A stretch of DNA of 63,600 nucleotides, counting the filler, from Octopus bimaculoides (taxonomy: Eukaryota), in NCBI RefSeq assembly GCF_001194135.2. It is 3 parts of 3 records of this genome, joined end to end, with 100 filler letters (N's around TTAATTAATTAA, not from the genome) between each part and the next. Parts side by side here need not be neighbours in the genome. Positions count along the whole stretch, not along the records: positions 1 to 30,146 come from NC_068996.1; 2 more parts are not named here. The stretch is one strand, 5' to 3'. This document shows, piece after piece, positions 12,586 through 26,297 of this stretch. Position 1 is the stretch's first letter. Every line of letters starts with the position of its first letter. Under the pieces are notes generated by a model. The model saw only the letters and a program-made list of their open reading frames with translations, did not search any database and was not told where the DNA came from. Position numbers and translations under genes: made by a program.

Positions 12586-14164
12586 CGCACGCAGCTTAGT
12601 GTATTGTCAAAGTACGTGCAGGAAAATTCTTCTGAAAAAGTTTAGTACGCTGAGAAATTAAGTCTCGCAACTTCATATAAAAAGAAAATGACAATATGAC
12701 AAAAGCTGTAATGCTGAAAGTTAGCAATGAACTTGCAGTGGCAAAAGTTGAGCTGATGTGAATATGATCATGAAAAGCCGGACTTGCAGTGGTTAAAACA
12801 GTGTAAGCCATACACTGAACAAAGCAGGATGTTGAAATGTGCTGGTTACTGTACTTTCGACGAAAAAGGATGTTGAAATATTAAAAAATATGGGATTTGA
12901 AACTTCCATATGTAAACTGGTTGAAATATTGTTTCAGGTTGAAATAAATTTTAGTGGTGTTGTTGACGGAGAAAATCAAATGGTCTGCTAATATCGTGAA
13001 GGAAGAAATGCTGTTTATTCAAAATGTCGATTGTCAATCGTTCGTCAAGTTCAAAAATGTTGCGAAATAGATATGACGTTGTGTGAAGATTGGCAAATGA
13101 TGATCCCAAAAGGTGGCAATAGCAATAGCAATCATGACAGGGCACCGAGTTTAAAAGTAAGGTACAGAACCATCGAGAAGCGTTGACTCAAGGCGCATGT
13201 CAAAGAAGGTGAGAGAAAGAAGATGCAAACTGCCAAAATTCGATTCTTGCAATTTGTGAGGAACGGAACTGAAGAAAAGTGGCGAAGAATGTGAGGTGAA
13301 AAAGTTATCGTACAGCTGAAAAAGTTTCAAGTTTCCGTGAGAAATGGGAAAATTACTTTTGAAACAGAGTCAAAAATTCACAATAGCAGTATTAAGCAAT
13401 AAATATGTGGCGAAATTGTAAACTTGACATGAACAGCAGATCAAAAGAACCGAACTTGGTGGATTATGGTGGTAACTTGTCATAGATGTCAAAAGCAGCG
13501 AAAGGAACTGGAAAATAGCCATACTGTCGTAGTTACAAGAAATTGAGTTGCCTAGAAATAAACATTGACAGGAAATTAACTCAGCAAATACTACCATTTC
13601 TAGCAAAAGGTGATGTAAATGATGTTATCAAAGCTCAGGAGTAGTAGTGAGAGTTGATAAATGTACGTCAAAATCGTTCTCGCAGTCCATATGTTGAAAG
13701 ACGAAAAAACAGCTGTAACAAGCTTGAGAAGGAGATTTCTGACCAGAAAATTGTTTTGCCGTATGCCAGATAATATTATATCATGGAAACCAGAATTAGG
13801 TGACAAATGTAACTAGTTTTTCTGTTAAATAGTATTTAAGACTTTTAACGTTGTGGCATAACGTTTGATTTAAAAACAGCGTTACTTTGGTTGCTGGAGG
13901 AATTTTTTCCTGCAAAAGTTCCAAAGTTGGTCGCATATATTTCTGCAAAAACTTCAATGGTTGTTTTCTGTGAAAACTGCACTATAGGATGATTCATAGC
14001 AGATATCGTCGTTTGAGTTGAAGATAATTCAGTTGAAGAAAATTGTGACATGGAAAGTAGTAGAATATAACTAGAAATGTCAGGTTCCACGTCTGTTGGT
14101 CACCAATTCTCCGGGGCAAAAATTAGAGATCCAATTTATGTTTATTCTCGGGATCACCAATTTA

Positions 14165-14677
14165 TGTAGTGGCAATATACAGTCAGTGCCAGGTGTTGAT
14201 GTGGCTGCGTGTATGCTATTATAATAGTTCATAAAGAGATGAATTTATTCAAATTCAAGACCTATATATTTACTACATAAAAATATATTTTATTTACTGG
14301 TCGATGATGACACACAGAATCAATATGTAGAATCTAGTTGAATGAAGTAATTTATGCAAGAAAGTTCAGAGATAGGAAATATAGAAATAACAGCTAAGTG
14401 CTGGTTTTCAGTCATGTGGCGTAGAGAAATAGACGGATATAGCAATGACGTGAATGGCTCTAAGTGTAATCGACTAAGAAGCGAAGAGCAGGGTTAGCAA
14501 GCTGTTTTTATTAATGGAAAGCTAGACATTCTAGAAATTTCCAAGAGAAACGCTACGCTTCTTGAATAATTAAGAATCACGTCTTACAACGCAGATGCTT
14601 CGAGAAACTTAGAAAGGGAGGTTACTCTATAATCTTTCTTGCAAGGGAGATCATTCAACTACCTAGCTGCCACTACA
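14165..14677 (-). repeat. LTR (5' LTR in minus orientation)
   Basis: Perfect 9-bp terminal inverted repeat TGTAGTGGC...GCCACTACA; adjacent to the PBS. Confidence 0.9.
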
Positions 14678-15339
14678 GGTCCATGCGATTATTATTGCGT
14701 CAGCAATTTTTCTAACTGCAACTTTCGCTTTCATAACTGTAGTTATTATTGATATCGTTGTGGCAACATTTATCTTGTAATTTTACTGTGTGCTCTTTTT
14801 TTATGTTATTTTCTTCATTTTTCATTTTATTATTTCTTTTCTTACATTTATTTTGTTCTCGAATCGTCACTAGGGCATAATCTCAAGTTTTACATTGCTA
14901 GAAACAGTTCTGGATCTGTTCGTAAATTATAATTGAAATATTTGTGTGTTCTTTTTCTTATTCTTATCTATATATTTTTAAGCTAGTGTTGTTTGAATAT
15001 CTTTCAATATTGTTTTTGGTTCAATTTGGCTTCAAAAAACGACGTCATGGAAATAATAAATACGATCTTTTAAAGCCAAGTTGGTTCTATGACATTTTCT
15101 CTTTTGAGGTAATGAAAGAGAAATATTAAATATTATTTCAAACTTAGTCACGAGATGAAAAATGCTATTGTGATATCCATGATATATATGGATTTTTAGA
15201 GAATTCTCCCCCTGTGAAAGAGACTCTAAATATACATACATACACATATACACACATGGCCGCAGTCAAATAACTGAAACAAGTAAAAGAATAAAAGAAT
15301 ACATACATACATACATACATACATACATACATACATACA

Positions 15340-15370
<31 letters not shown>

Positions 15371-15812
15371 GTGGGTGTGTATTTCTGTATGCGTGTGCAT
15401 CTGCGTCACCGAGCGCATTTTCGTCTTTCATAGTTTGCTTTCATAGGAAGATTCACTTCTAACTGCATTGTTTAATTATTTCAAAATTTGGATTAGGAAA
15501 TATTGTTGGAGCTGTCTCCTTTGCATTGAACCCAACGTTGTGGACTCTTGTGCCAAATAAAAGAAATTATAAGCACATACATGCACAAGTATGCGCATAA
15601 ATAAATAGACATATGTTCACATGCTGTGCATAAGCACACAAATACACAGACATAAACATGCGCGCACATACACTATATGATATATAAGTACTCAAACACG
15701 TATATATAAATATTCAACAGCAAATTTTCTTATTTATTTAGTGATAAATAAATTATTTGGAATCAACAATATATACTGTTATTGATATATATAGTTATGC
15801 TTGAACAAGAAT

Positions 15813-16190
15813 ATTGTTGACGGTGACTTGGGAGTTTCACCCATCATTGGGCTGCAATATATAAAAGTTAATCTGGGCTTTATATAGTTTGTTGGGTTAA
15901 AATCTTCCTTGTGTGGCGGGTGGAGTTGAGTGGGGTGGTATTTAGGTTTTAGGGTGAGTTGTTATGATGAGGTAGTTTGGAGAAATTTTTATTGACTAAA
16001 TCTGGTGTTATGTTATTGTTAGGAATTTAAACATGTATGTAAAGCTTTGTAAGAGTATCTTTAGGTGTATCTATTTGTTAGGTTGTGTTAGTACTTCAGT
16101 TATTTTGGAATTTATTGGATTATGGAATCTAATGCATCGCAGTCCAACGATGGCTTAACTGGCCGAAACTTCCAAGTCACTGTTGACAAC
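15813..16190. mobile_element. Probable Penelope-like terminal remnant with inverted ends
   Basis: The reverse complement of 15813-15856 matches 16138-16190. Both ends have hammerhead-like architecture. The spacer has weak coding-like composition on the minus strand. Confidence 0.45.
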
Positions 16191-18221
16191 ATTCTTATTT
16201 AAGAATAAACTTATACTCCACAAAAGGATAGAGTAACTCTATTATTATAACTAAACATAAAAACACATTAACATATGTGTTTGTATGTATGCGTATGTAC
16301 GTGTGTGTATCTATATCTATCTATCTATATATATATATATATATATATACATATATATAAGTGTATACACACACACGCGCGCACACACACATACACACAC
16401 ATATATTTACACTCACATTATTTTTGCTTTTTTTACATGCGAAAATATGAATAATAACAAAATTAAGCTAAATTGATGACAAGCTGACCAGATTTAATGT
16501 CTCTATATATATTGATGTATCTCTTCAGAACACTACCGCTCTCTATAAGTAAGGAAGTTCAGTTATAATTCTCATTTGAAAAGGAAATTTAATCAATTAA
16601 ATAAAATATTTGAATACCACTGACAATATCTTTAATCATGTGCCAGAGTTAAACACCAATATATTCCGTTATTTTATCTTTTTGAAATGTAAAAGAACAT
16701 TAATGAAAATCTTATAAAATATTCTCACTTAACTAAACAAAGAGAAATAAATAAATAAATAAATCATTTTTTTCTAAACGAAACAAATAAAATCGTAAGG
16801 CTTGTTAAATGAGAATTCGTTAGAGTAGTTATTCATGTTATTGTTGATTGTGATTTTATTTCCCAAAATTTAGTTGTAGCTTTTTCTTCCTTTCTTCTTT
16901 CTTTCTTATTTCTTTCTTCTTTAGTTCAATATTTGTTTTCTTTATTTATTTCTTACTTTGTAAAATAACAACCCTGATTTTAGAAAATTGAAACCATTTT
17001 TCATTGAATCAGTAAATGTATACATTTAAAAACGTTCGAATATTATGTATTTAATAGCAGTTGAATCTGAAACATCCCACGAAAAACTAAATGATTCATA
17101 CAATAAATATCAGATAGAAACACGCAAAAGGAGATGAAAAATGAAAAATAAAAGATATAAATATATCAAAATCTCAGTAACAACTATTAACAATAAGTTA
17201 ATTATTATAATTCAGTTATTTTTCTTATCGTTTATCTTTAATTATTTCTATTTTAGTTTCGGTTTTCCTTTCTTTTCCTTTTGCATCATTCATCATACTA
17301 CTACTGTTCTTAATATTTAAGAACAGCTTGGGAAATTGATCTGTTTACATTCATAAAGCTTATTATTGAAACAAGAAAGAAAAAAATATGAACTTTTGCA
17401 TTTCTAAAACATTCTAAAACAACAAAGGAAAAAAATTCGTTATGTTTAAAGGTCTGTAGAGTGGAAAGTATTTCTTTGTCAAGAAATATTATTTATTGCG
17501 AAAAAGCTTATATAAAAATGGTATCAAATCCGTTCCAACTTGAACTGATATAATGAACTACAAATCAATCTCAATGGTTAGCATTAAACAAAATGAAATA
17601 AAAATGTCTATCAGCACCTCCTATCTTAAGTGTTAGTCACATTATAACTTGAAGGAGTAGTGTTATTGTAAATTAAAGGGACAGTTTGAGTATGAAGTAT
17701 ATATCATATGTATGTATATGTGTGTGTGTGCTTGTGTGTGTGTGTGTGCGTGAGTAAGTACACAAACATATATCTATGTTCATATTCATGTATGCGTGTA
17801 TATATATATATATATATATATAAATATATATATATATTTCATAAATATTTATTTTTACATACATATATATATATATACATAAGACATTATGCATACAATA
17901 GGTCATCCATACAAACCTCACCGAATGATCTGGTGGGCCACATTTCAGATTTGCTTCAAAATTTAACAACAGAAAATTTGTACGAAGAAAACAGAACCCT
18001 GAAAATTTCAGGTCAGTTGTTCAATCCATTCCAAAGTTATCGACGTTTGAAATTTAACTACAATTAGCGAAAATGTTAATGCATATTTAAAGAGTTTTAG
18101 ATTCTTTGATAATTTTCTTAAAATTTGATGAATGGTGTAGATTTGGAAGGAATTATTTGGCCGAATGTAGCAAAACATTCAAACATGTCTGAGCAACCAC
18201 AACCATGTGAATATGTATGTA

Positions 18222-19070
18222 GGGACAGGCGTGGTTCTGTGCTCAGAATGTTTGCCTCCTAACTACGTGATTCCGGATTCAGTCTTACTGCGTGGAACTT
18301 TAGGCAAGAGTCTTTTACAATATTTTCGGGTCGACCAAAAATTTGCGAGCCGATCTGAAGACAGAAACTGAAAAAGCCCCGACGTGTGTGTGTGTGTATA
18401 TATATATATATNNNNNNNNNNNNNNNNNNNNNNNNNNNNNNNNNNNNNNNNNNNNNNNNNNNNNNNNNNNNNNNNNNNNNNNNNNNNNNNNNNNNNNNNN
18501 NNNNNNNNNNNNNNNNNNNNNNNNNNNNNNNNNNNNNNNNNNNNNNNNNNNNNNNNNNNNNNNNNNNNNNNNNNNNNNNNNNNNNNNNNNNNNNNNNNNN
18601 NNNNNNNNNNNNNNNNNNNNNNNNNNNNNNNNNNNNNNNNNNNNNNNNNNNNNNNNNNNNNNNNNNNNNNNNNNNNNNNNNNNNNNNNNNNNNNNNNNNN
18701 NNNNNNNNNNNNNNNNNNNNNNNNNNNNNNNNNNNNNNNNNNNNNNNNNNNNNNNNNNNNNNNNNNNNNNNNNNNNNNNNNNNNNNNNNNNNNNNNNNNN
18801 NNNNNNNNNNNNNNNNNNNNNNNNNNNNNNNNNNNNNNNNNNNNNNNNNNNNNNNNNNNNNNNNNNNNNNNNNNNNNNNNNNNNNNNNNNNNNNNNNNNN
18901 NNNNNNNNNNNNNNNNNNNNNNNNNNNNNNNNNNNNNNNNNNNNNNNNNNNNNNNNNNNNNNNNNNNNNNNNNNNNNNNNNNNNNNNNNNNNNNNNNNNN
19001 NNNNNNNNNNNNNNNNNNNNNNNNCTCTCACTACCGTCTAATGGTGATTGGAAACAATGTCTTAGATACA
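18222..19070 (+). mobile_element. tRNA-SINE family B (CORE-like central part), gap inside
   Basis: Head GGCGTGGTTCTGTGCTCAGAATGTTTGCCTCC...CCGGATTCAGTC (A/B-box-like), then ...actttaggcaagagtc... and gaaactgaaaaagccccgacg(TG)n. Confidence 0.75.
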
Positions 19071-19762
19071 TACATGCGAATATAAACCTACCTATACATA
19101 TGTACAAGCCCGCGCAATCATATAAACACATATACACATTGACATATATACGTATATACACACATATATACGTATATATGACATATATACACATCTCTCA
19201 CACAACACACACACGCACACACAGACATACATCTACACATAAATACATACATACATACATACATACATACATACATACATACATGCATACATACATACAT
19301 ACATACATACATACATACATGCATACATACATACATACATACATACATACATACATACATACATACATACATACATACATCTCATGAACTACCTGTTACT
19401 TTCTCAGATGCAGCACAAAATTTTCTCAATGAACAGGTCGCGATCTGAAAGCGACGAAAATATTTTGGCAAATTATATTTAAATCTTGAAGTGAATCTAA
19501 CGGTTTTTGTATTTTAAATGGCTTATAAACACCTTCCACGCTGCAAGTGTTTATATATATATANNNNNNNNNNNNNNNNNNNNNNNNNNNNNNNNNNNNN
19601 NNNNNNNNNNNNNNNNNNNNNNNNNNNNNNNNNNNNNNNNNNNNNNNNNNNNNNNNNNNNNNNNNNNNNNNNNNNNNNNNNNNNNNNNNNNNNNNNNNNN
19701 NNNNNNNNNNNNNNNNNNNNNNNNNNNNNNNNNNNNNNNNNNNNNNNNNNNNNNNNNNNNNN

Positions 19763-19793
<31 letters not shown>

Positions 19794-20159
19794 GTTATAT
19801 TTTAGAATAACGCATGCTTATTATTGGTTTCCAGTAGCCGTGCATAATGATATATGGCAACCGGCTGGAGTTAGCTGTAGCATACCTACACATATGTGCC
19901 CCAGTGAATTCTTTCCCCATAACTGGATATTTTCTATGAAATGTTCTACAATGGTGGTACCCCAGTATGACCACAGCTCATGAGCTGAAACTATATCAAA
20001 TTAAATACGCTTCAGATGGTGTCAATTCTGATTATATCGGAATTTGTTGTGAAATAAAGTTTTCGAAAATATACGAGCAAAGCCATTGCTAGAAAAGATC
20101 CTGAAAATGAGTCATTGATATTGCAACGTGAGGCTAACGAATCTACCAGCTCGCTGCCT

Positions 20160-21270
20160 TAATAATGTATTCTTTATTAACCCCTAAGTGTTCACGAAAA
20201 ACATTGGAGACGGTTCAAGACAATACAAGGTGTGCAAAAAGTAAAAGATTAGTAACAATATAAGATTGTAAGAATAAATAATTTCTCAAAAGTGGGAGAC
20301 TTCTTCAGGTTACTCTTGGAGACTCTACAAAACCACGGTCACCCTGGCCACTAGAACACGTGTCCTCTCCACATCTTCTTCCTTTAACCTACATGAGTAC
20401 GCTTAGAGTACACCTGTTCATTCGGACCAATTCTGCAACATTCACCTGGGAGGCGGCACCTTCCTCTCTACTCTCACTTTCCGTCTTAAATGGGACTTGA
20501 AAAAGTTGATGAAGACTTGGCTAAAGAAAGTATCTGTTCCCTACACATATCTATAGAGTTTATCCCAAACTGATAATGACCCCGGTAGCACTCCCAACCA
20601 AGGATTTCTGAAAATTATGCGTAGGCTCCGGCCTCCAGAACGGATCAGAGTCACTCCGACTAACCAGAGGCTGAACTTCCACTAGTCACATTGTCCAACT
20701 GACAGAGGACTGTAAGTGCCTGACAACACTCTAGGTGTCAGGCATCCTTCTTCAGTCTATACTTGATCCAAGACTGCAGTTCAGTCAAAAGAGGTGCTCT
20801 GGAAAACCTTACCTGACAAAAGGCCAACACACTTGTTCACCGTCAAAGAAGCGCTGGAGATGTTGTAACCTCAGTACATACGTATCAGTAACCCCGGCAT
20901 GCCCAGTCCTCCAGCCAGCCGGTGTTGACAAAAAATGAAGTGACTGACCAGTGGAACGCATCACTTCCTCAGAAAGCGGAAGAATTTTCGCTCCACTTTG
21001 GTCAGACGTAAAGTGGGGCAAGGCACAATAGTCAGGCGGTAATATATAACGGAGACGAGGTAAGCATTCGCCACCTCTACCCAACCTTTCGGGGATAGCT
21101 TTCTCTCGGTCCATTTCTGGGTGAGATTGGCCACCCTACTCGTTGCCTCGTCCCAGTTCTTCTCCACCGAGAGATCCTGTGCAATTCAGACCCCGACAAA
21201 TTTGATATAAACAAGCAATTTGACGTTACTGAACGACATAGACCTGCCTCTCCGTATGCCTAGCTGCGGG
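20160..21270 (-). mobile_element. 5'-truncated Tx1/L1-clade LINE fragment
   Basis: 20961-21167 EKNWDEATSRVANLTQKWTERKLSPKGWVEVANAYLVSVIYYRLTIVPCP...FFRFL is the post-RT region of L1/Tx1 elements; homologous to 61720-62060. Confidence 0.8.
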
Positions 21271-21369
21271 CCATTTGATTTTTTTTTTTTTTTTTTTGTG
21301 GTTAATTTTTGTTCCCGCTACAGCCTCGAATTTAATTAGAGCAGTGCTGATCAGGTTTATGTGCCTAGC

Positions 21370-23980
21370 ATTCGATACTCTGACTGAAGATATAAACTTC
21401 TTGAACAGTATAGTATCAATACTTGTCAGGAAAAGAAATAGTGAACTTAAGAATGAATGGAAATTCGAAAAGGTTAGGAGGAAGTATGGTGTAGATACAA
21501 AAGGCCTGAATGTTGCAATTGAAGAACTGAAACAACCCATACGTGAAAAAAATGCAAAGCTAACTAAGTTTGAACAACAGATTAAGCAATACTGGCAAAA
21601 ACAAAATGTTTAGAACCGGACAAAAAAACATTTTATCAAGGGATTAATGACGATAAAAAATGAGAAAGATTAGTCTCTGATGTTGATGAAAGTTGACTTG
21701 TTTGGGGTAAAACATGAATTAAGGAAGAACAACACAATACTACAGCTGAATGGCTCTGCAGCCTGAAGCTTTTTATCACTAGCAAGAGGCTAACCACTTC
21801 ACAGAAGACAGTATCAGAAGTATGAATAAAAAGATAAGCAATTGGAAAGCAACAAGGCCTGATGGTGTACAGGGATTTGAGATAAAAAGGCTCAGTACTT
21901 GCCATAAATTGATCGCAGAGCAATTTAATGGTGAAGTACACATCCCGGGCTGGTTGACAAAAGGACGAACGATATTGTGCCTGAAGGATGTATCAAAGGA
22001 AAATGCTGCTGACAATTACAGACCAATTTCCTGCCTCTCGTTAATGTGGAAGTTACTGTCAGGAGGAATTGCAGAAGAACTGTATGAACTTCTTGATGAA
22101 AACGACAGATTACCGACAGAACAAAAAGGCTGTAGGAGATGCAGAGGTACTAAAGATTAACTATTGATAGAGAAAATGTTAATGCCAGGTTGTAAACAAA
22201 GGAGGACAAATCTGAGAATGGCCTGGATTGACTATCGTAAAGCTTAAGATATGATTCCACATCCGTGGAACATCGAGTGCTTAGATCTATTTGGAACTGT
22301 GAGGAATGTAACGTGTTTCCTGAAGAGAAGTATGGTGGGATGGAAAACTAAACTGATATCTTACGGAAAAAGATTGGGCACACTGAGCATCCGAAGAGGA
22401 ATTTTACAGGATGATAACCTATCTCCGTTGCTTTTTGTTCTCTGCATGATATCTCTGACCTTGGTACTTAGGAAAATGAACCTAGAGTACCAACTAAAGT
22501 AAAAATCCCAAACAATCAACTACCTCCTCTTTCTGAATGATGAGAAACTTTATGGCAAAGATGAGACACAAGTGAGTTCCTTGGTGAACACGGTCCACTG
22601 TTTTAGTACTGATATTAGAATGGAATTTGGACTCGAGAATTGTAGAATAAGGTACCTAAAAGTACCTAAAAAGAGGCATGGTACAGTCCCTAGTAGGGAT
22701 AGAATTACCAAATAGAGACTTCATTAAGCAAATTGAAACGGAAGGATACAAATACCTTGGCATACTAGAGTTCAATGAGATAATGGAAAAGGAAATGAAA
22801 GTGCAACTGCGGATGGAGTGTTTCCGAAGACTGAGGTTGGTGCTGCTCTCAAAATTGACTGAATGGAAAAATGTTTACAGTACACGGAGCCTTCCACCCT
22901 ACGAATGACACCGATAGGCTGCACCTGTCCAGAAGCAAGGGTGGAAGAGGTTTAATCAGTTGTCAGGACTGTATCGAAGCAGAAGAAAACAGCCTAGGGT
23001 GGTATATAAAAAATGTTATGGAGCCACTGTTGAAACACACACAGAAGGCCAATGTCATCAAAACTGAAAATTGTGTAACTAAAGAAACATTTAAGCAATA
23101 AGTAGACAAAAGTAAAAGAAAAGACGTGGAAGGATAAGAAAATGTACGGTCAGTTTGCAAGAGATGTGGACGCCAAGACAGATACAGAGGACCGGTAGCT
23201 ATGGATGAAAAGAAGTGGCCTGAAGATAGAGACAGAAGCACTCGTATATGCAGTTCAGGAACAAACGTTAAGGATCAACTATATGAAGTGCAGAATAGAG
23301 AACACTACCGATAGCGATAAATGCCGAACGTGCGGTTAGATGGATGAAATGGTATGGAATATCGTTAACAAATGTCCGAAATTGGTACAACGCGAATACG
23401 AAAGATGCCATGACAATGTGGCAAGAATGATCCTTTGGGAGTTCTGTGGAAGCCACGGCCTACAAAGTGTAAGGACGTGGTATGAACAAACTCCAGAAGG
23501 AGTCACCGAAAATGAGAATTGCAAAATCCTGTGGAATGCAATCATCCAGTGCGATCATCTAACCAGACATCGGAAACCGGACATTGTTGCGGTGAATAAA
23601 AATGAAGATCATATATGATAATCGATACAGCTTGCCTCGGTGACAAAAGGATTAATGTGAAAGAAGATAAAAAATAAAATAAGACGATGTGAAGTAGGAA
23701 ATATGAAAGCTGTAGTCTATGAAGAGAGTAGACGTGGTACCATGGAAGTATCAGCACTCAACTCCGAATATAGCTGAAAAAGATCGGTACACGTGTGAAG
23801 GTAGAACACCTACAAAAGTCAGCATTACTTGGAACTGCATGAATTCTTCCCAGGCTTCTCGAAGCATGACTAGTAAACAGTGCCACCTTAGTCTGCTGAC
23901 TGTGGACAGCTGACACTTTCCATCATACCTAGCAAAATAAACTATGACGTTTCATATAATAATAAAAATAATAAAAATAG
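21370..23980 (+). mobile_element. R4/Dong-clade non-LTR retrotransposon, subfamily 1 (RT, CCHC, restriction-like endonuclease), pseudogenised
   Basis: Motifs [63 protein letters not shown]-like and RKPDIVAV. TAA-rich tail at ~23950-23980. Many stops and frameshifts. Confidence 0.9.
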
Positions 23981-23989
23981 AGAATTCAA

Positions 23990-26295
23990 TGTAAACACAA
24001 ATAAGGTTTTACAAGGTTAAACCAAAAACTATATCAAAAGACTCCATGCCAACAACATCAGTGATTCACTCATACCTGGAAGCGGATTAAAGGGATTAAA
24101 GGGAAAGAAACAACGCAACAGAATCAGATATGGCCCACCACTATAGGCTAAGAGATCACAAATACATTGAGGAGTACCTGCAACTGGAAAACTCCAGGGA
24201 TAGATAAGGTCCTCAACTTCTGGCTGAAACACTTCACCAGCACCCATAACCACTTTGCGACACCATCCAATTTATTGGTTAGTGAGCCAGAATCAACACC
24301 AAACTGGATACTGGAAAGACAAACCACTCTTATTCCCAAAACAAAGAGACCGTACATCCGCAAAATTACAGACTAATAATATGCCTATCAACATGCTACA
24401 AAATCCTAATATCAGTCATCTATAAATGGCTTGTAAACCACATCGAAAACAACAATATTTTACCAGAATCAAAAAGGGTGCCGTAGAGGGATGTATGGTT
24501 GTAAGGAGCAACGTGTGGTTCACTGAGCCATTACAGAGTACTGAAAGAGGAGAAAGACAAATCTGAACATGGCTTAGATTGATTACCAGAAAGCATTCGA
24601 CAGCATCCCACACTCATGGATACAAGAAACTCCTACAAATAAGGTAGCCCCACCACTACTAAAATATATTAAACATGCAATAGCAAATTGGAAAGCCAGT
24701 ATAACATTGAAAACAATCACTCACAAGTTATTAAAACCTACCCTATAAGGAGAGGGATTTTTCAGAAAAGACTCACTTGCTTTTCTGCCTTTCTCTGACC
24801 CCGCTAACAAACTTGTTAAATGAAATTGCTATGGGTTATAGGCGGTATGAACAAACAATAAACCATCTCCTGTACATGGATGACTTTAAAAAATGTGCTA
24901 AAAGCACCATGGAACAGAGGAACCTTATCAAAATTGGCCATAGTTTCAGCAAGGACATCGGAATGAGTATGGAGCTAGACAAATGTGCCAAAGCCGCACT
25001 GAGAAGAGGCAAATTGATCAGCACTAAAAACACTGCACTCGACATAGTCACGAAAATTAGAGAATTAGACCACAATCACCCATACAAATATCTAGGAATA
25101 GACGAAACAGCTAAAATACAACATACATAAATGAAAGAGAAAATTAGGAGAGAGTGTTACAGAAGAGACTAATATTAAACTCTGAACTTAATGCTAAGAT
25201 AACAGGGATAATTACAGTAGCCATATCAGTTATAAATTACAGCCTTAACATAATAAACTGGAAGGTCAGTGAATTGAAAAACCTAGATAGAAAAATCAGA
25301 AAACTACTAACAGCGTACCGAAGTCAACACTCCAAAGCAGATGCAAACAGAATATATCCACCCCACTCAGAAGGAGGCTGTGGCCTGATACAGATAGAAA
25401 ACTACTATAAAATAACAACAGTTGGACTATGAAAGTACTTAGAAACAAAGAGTGGAAAACTATTGCATATAATAAAACAACACAAGAAAAAGAAAACACT
25501 TTTCTCTACGCACAAGGAGGCGATAAAATACAAAATAGAAACAAACAACATTGACACATGTCAGATGACTACATAGCAGAAATGGTCAAAGAGTCAAAAC
25601 AACAGCATGGAAATAGAATTACAAAAGGTACTGAAGAAGAAATGGAGAGAAAAATCACTCCATGACCAATACTTTGTAAGACTTGACAGACAGAAAGTGA
25701 GCCTCAGTAAAAGCCAACAATGGCTCAAAAGCTCTGGATTAAAAGCTGACACGAAGGACTGGTTCTCGCTACACATGACCAATGCTTGGCTACAAACAAT
25801 TATAAAAACAAAATAATGAAAGCAGGTCCCAAAGCCAAATGCAGAATGTGCAACCAGCACAATGAGACAGTTGATGACATCATCTCGGACTGCCCAGTCC
25901 TTGCCAAGTCTGAATATATATTACAGACACGACAGTATCAGCAGTTATACTCACTGGATAATATGCCAAAATTACATTAGAACTGAAAATAGGTGGTATA
26001 AGCATGTACCAAACAAGGTACAAGACAATGACCAGGCCACAATCATCTGGGATATGCCGATTTAAACCGATAAAGAAATAAAGCTAATCCCCCAGACACA
26101 ATAGTCAAGGATTGGGGGAAATAATACCTGCTTGCTGATAGACATTGCAGTCCCTTCTGATCAAAATATATTGTCAAAAAAGAAGAGGAGAAATTGTCGA
26201 AGTAGAAAGAGTCCTTGAAATTGGAATACCCAAGATGTGGGGCATGAAGGTGAAAACAATAGCAATAATAATTGGAGCATTGGGCATTATATATG
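23990..26295 (+). mobile_element. R4/Dong-clade LINE, subfamily 2, pseudogenised, 3' end missing
   Basis: Motifs NWKTPGIDKVLNFWLK, INHLLYMDDFK, YKYLGIDE, GGCGLIQ, CRMCNQHNET, IIWDMPI and IIIGALG. Starts directly after the tail of copy 1. Confidence 0.9.
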
Positions 26296-26297
26296 GT

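Larger units (their letters stand above)
11102..14677 (-). mobile_element. Internally deleted Ty3/Gypsy LTR retrotransposon (3576 bp)
   Basis: Direct repeats at 11102-11619 and 14165-14677 with TGTAG...CTACA ends. 4-bp TSD GGTC at 11098-11101 and 14678-14681. Minus-strand PBS TGGTGATCCCGAG (14147-14159) resembles the tRNA-Trp PBS TGGTGACCCCGAC. Only weak degenerate gag/protease-like motifs on minus (GQKSPSQ ~13720-13745; WKF...HFNILL ~12830-12920). Confidence 0.85.

Noticed and set aside
13670-13830. Plus-strand RSRSP...ELGDK gag-like words inside the LTR element
   Set aside because: Conflicts with the minus-strand PBS and protease-like remnants and is interrupted by stops; treated as chance similarity, though orientation should be confirmed by HMM search.
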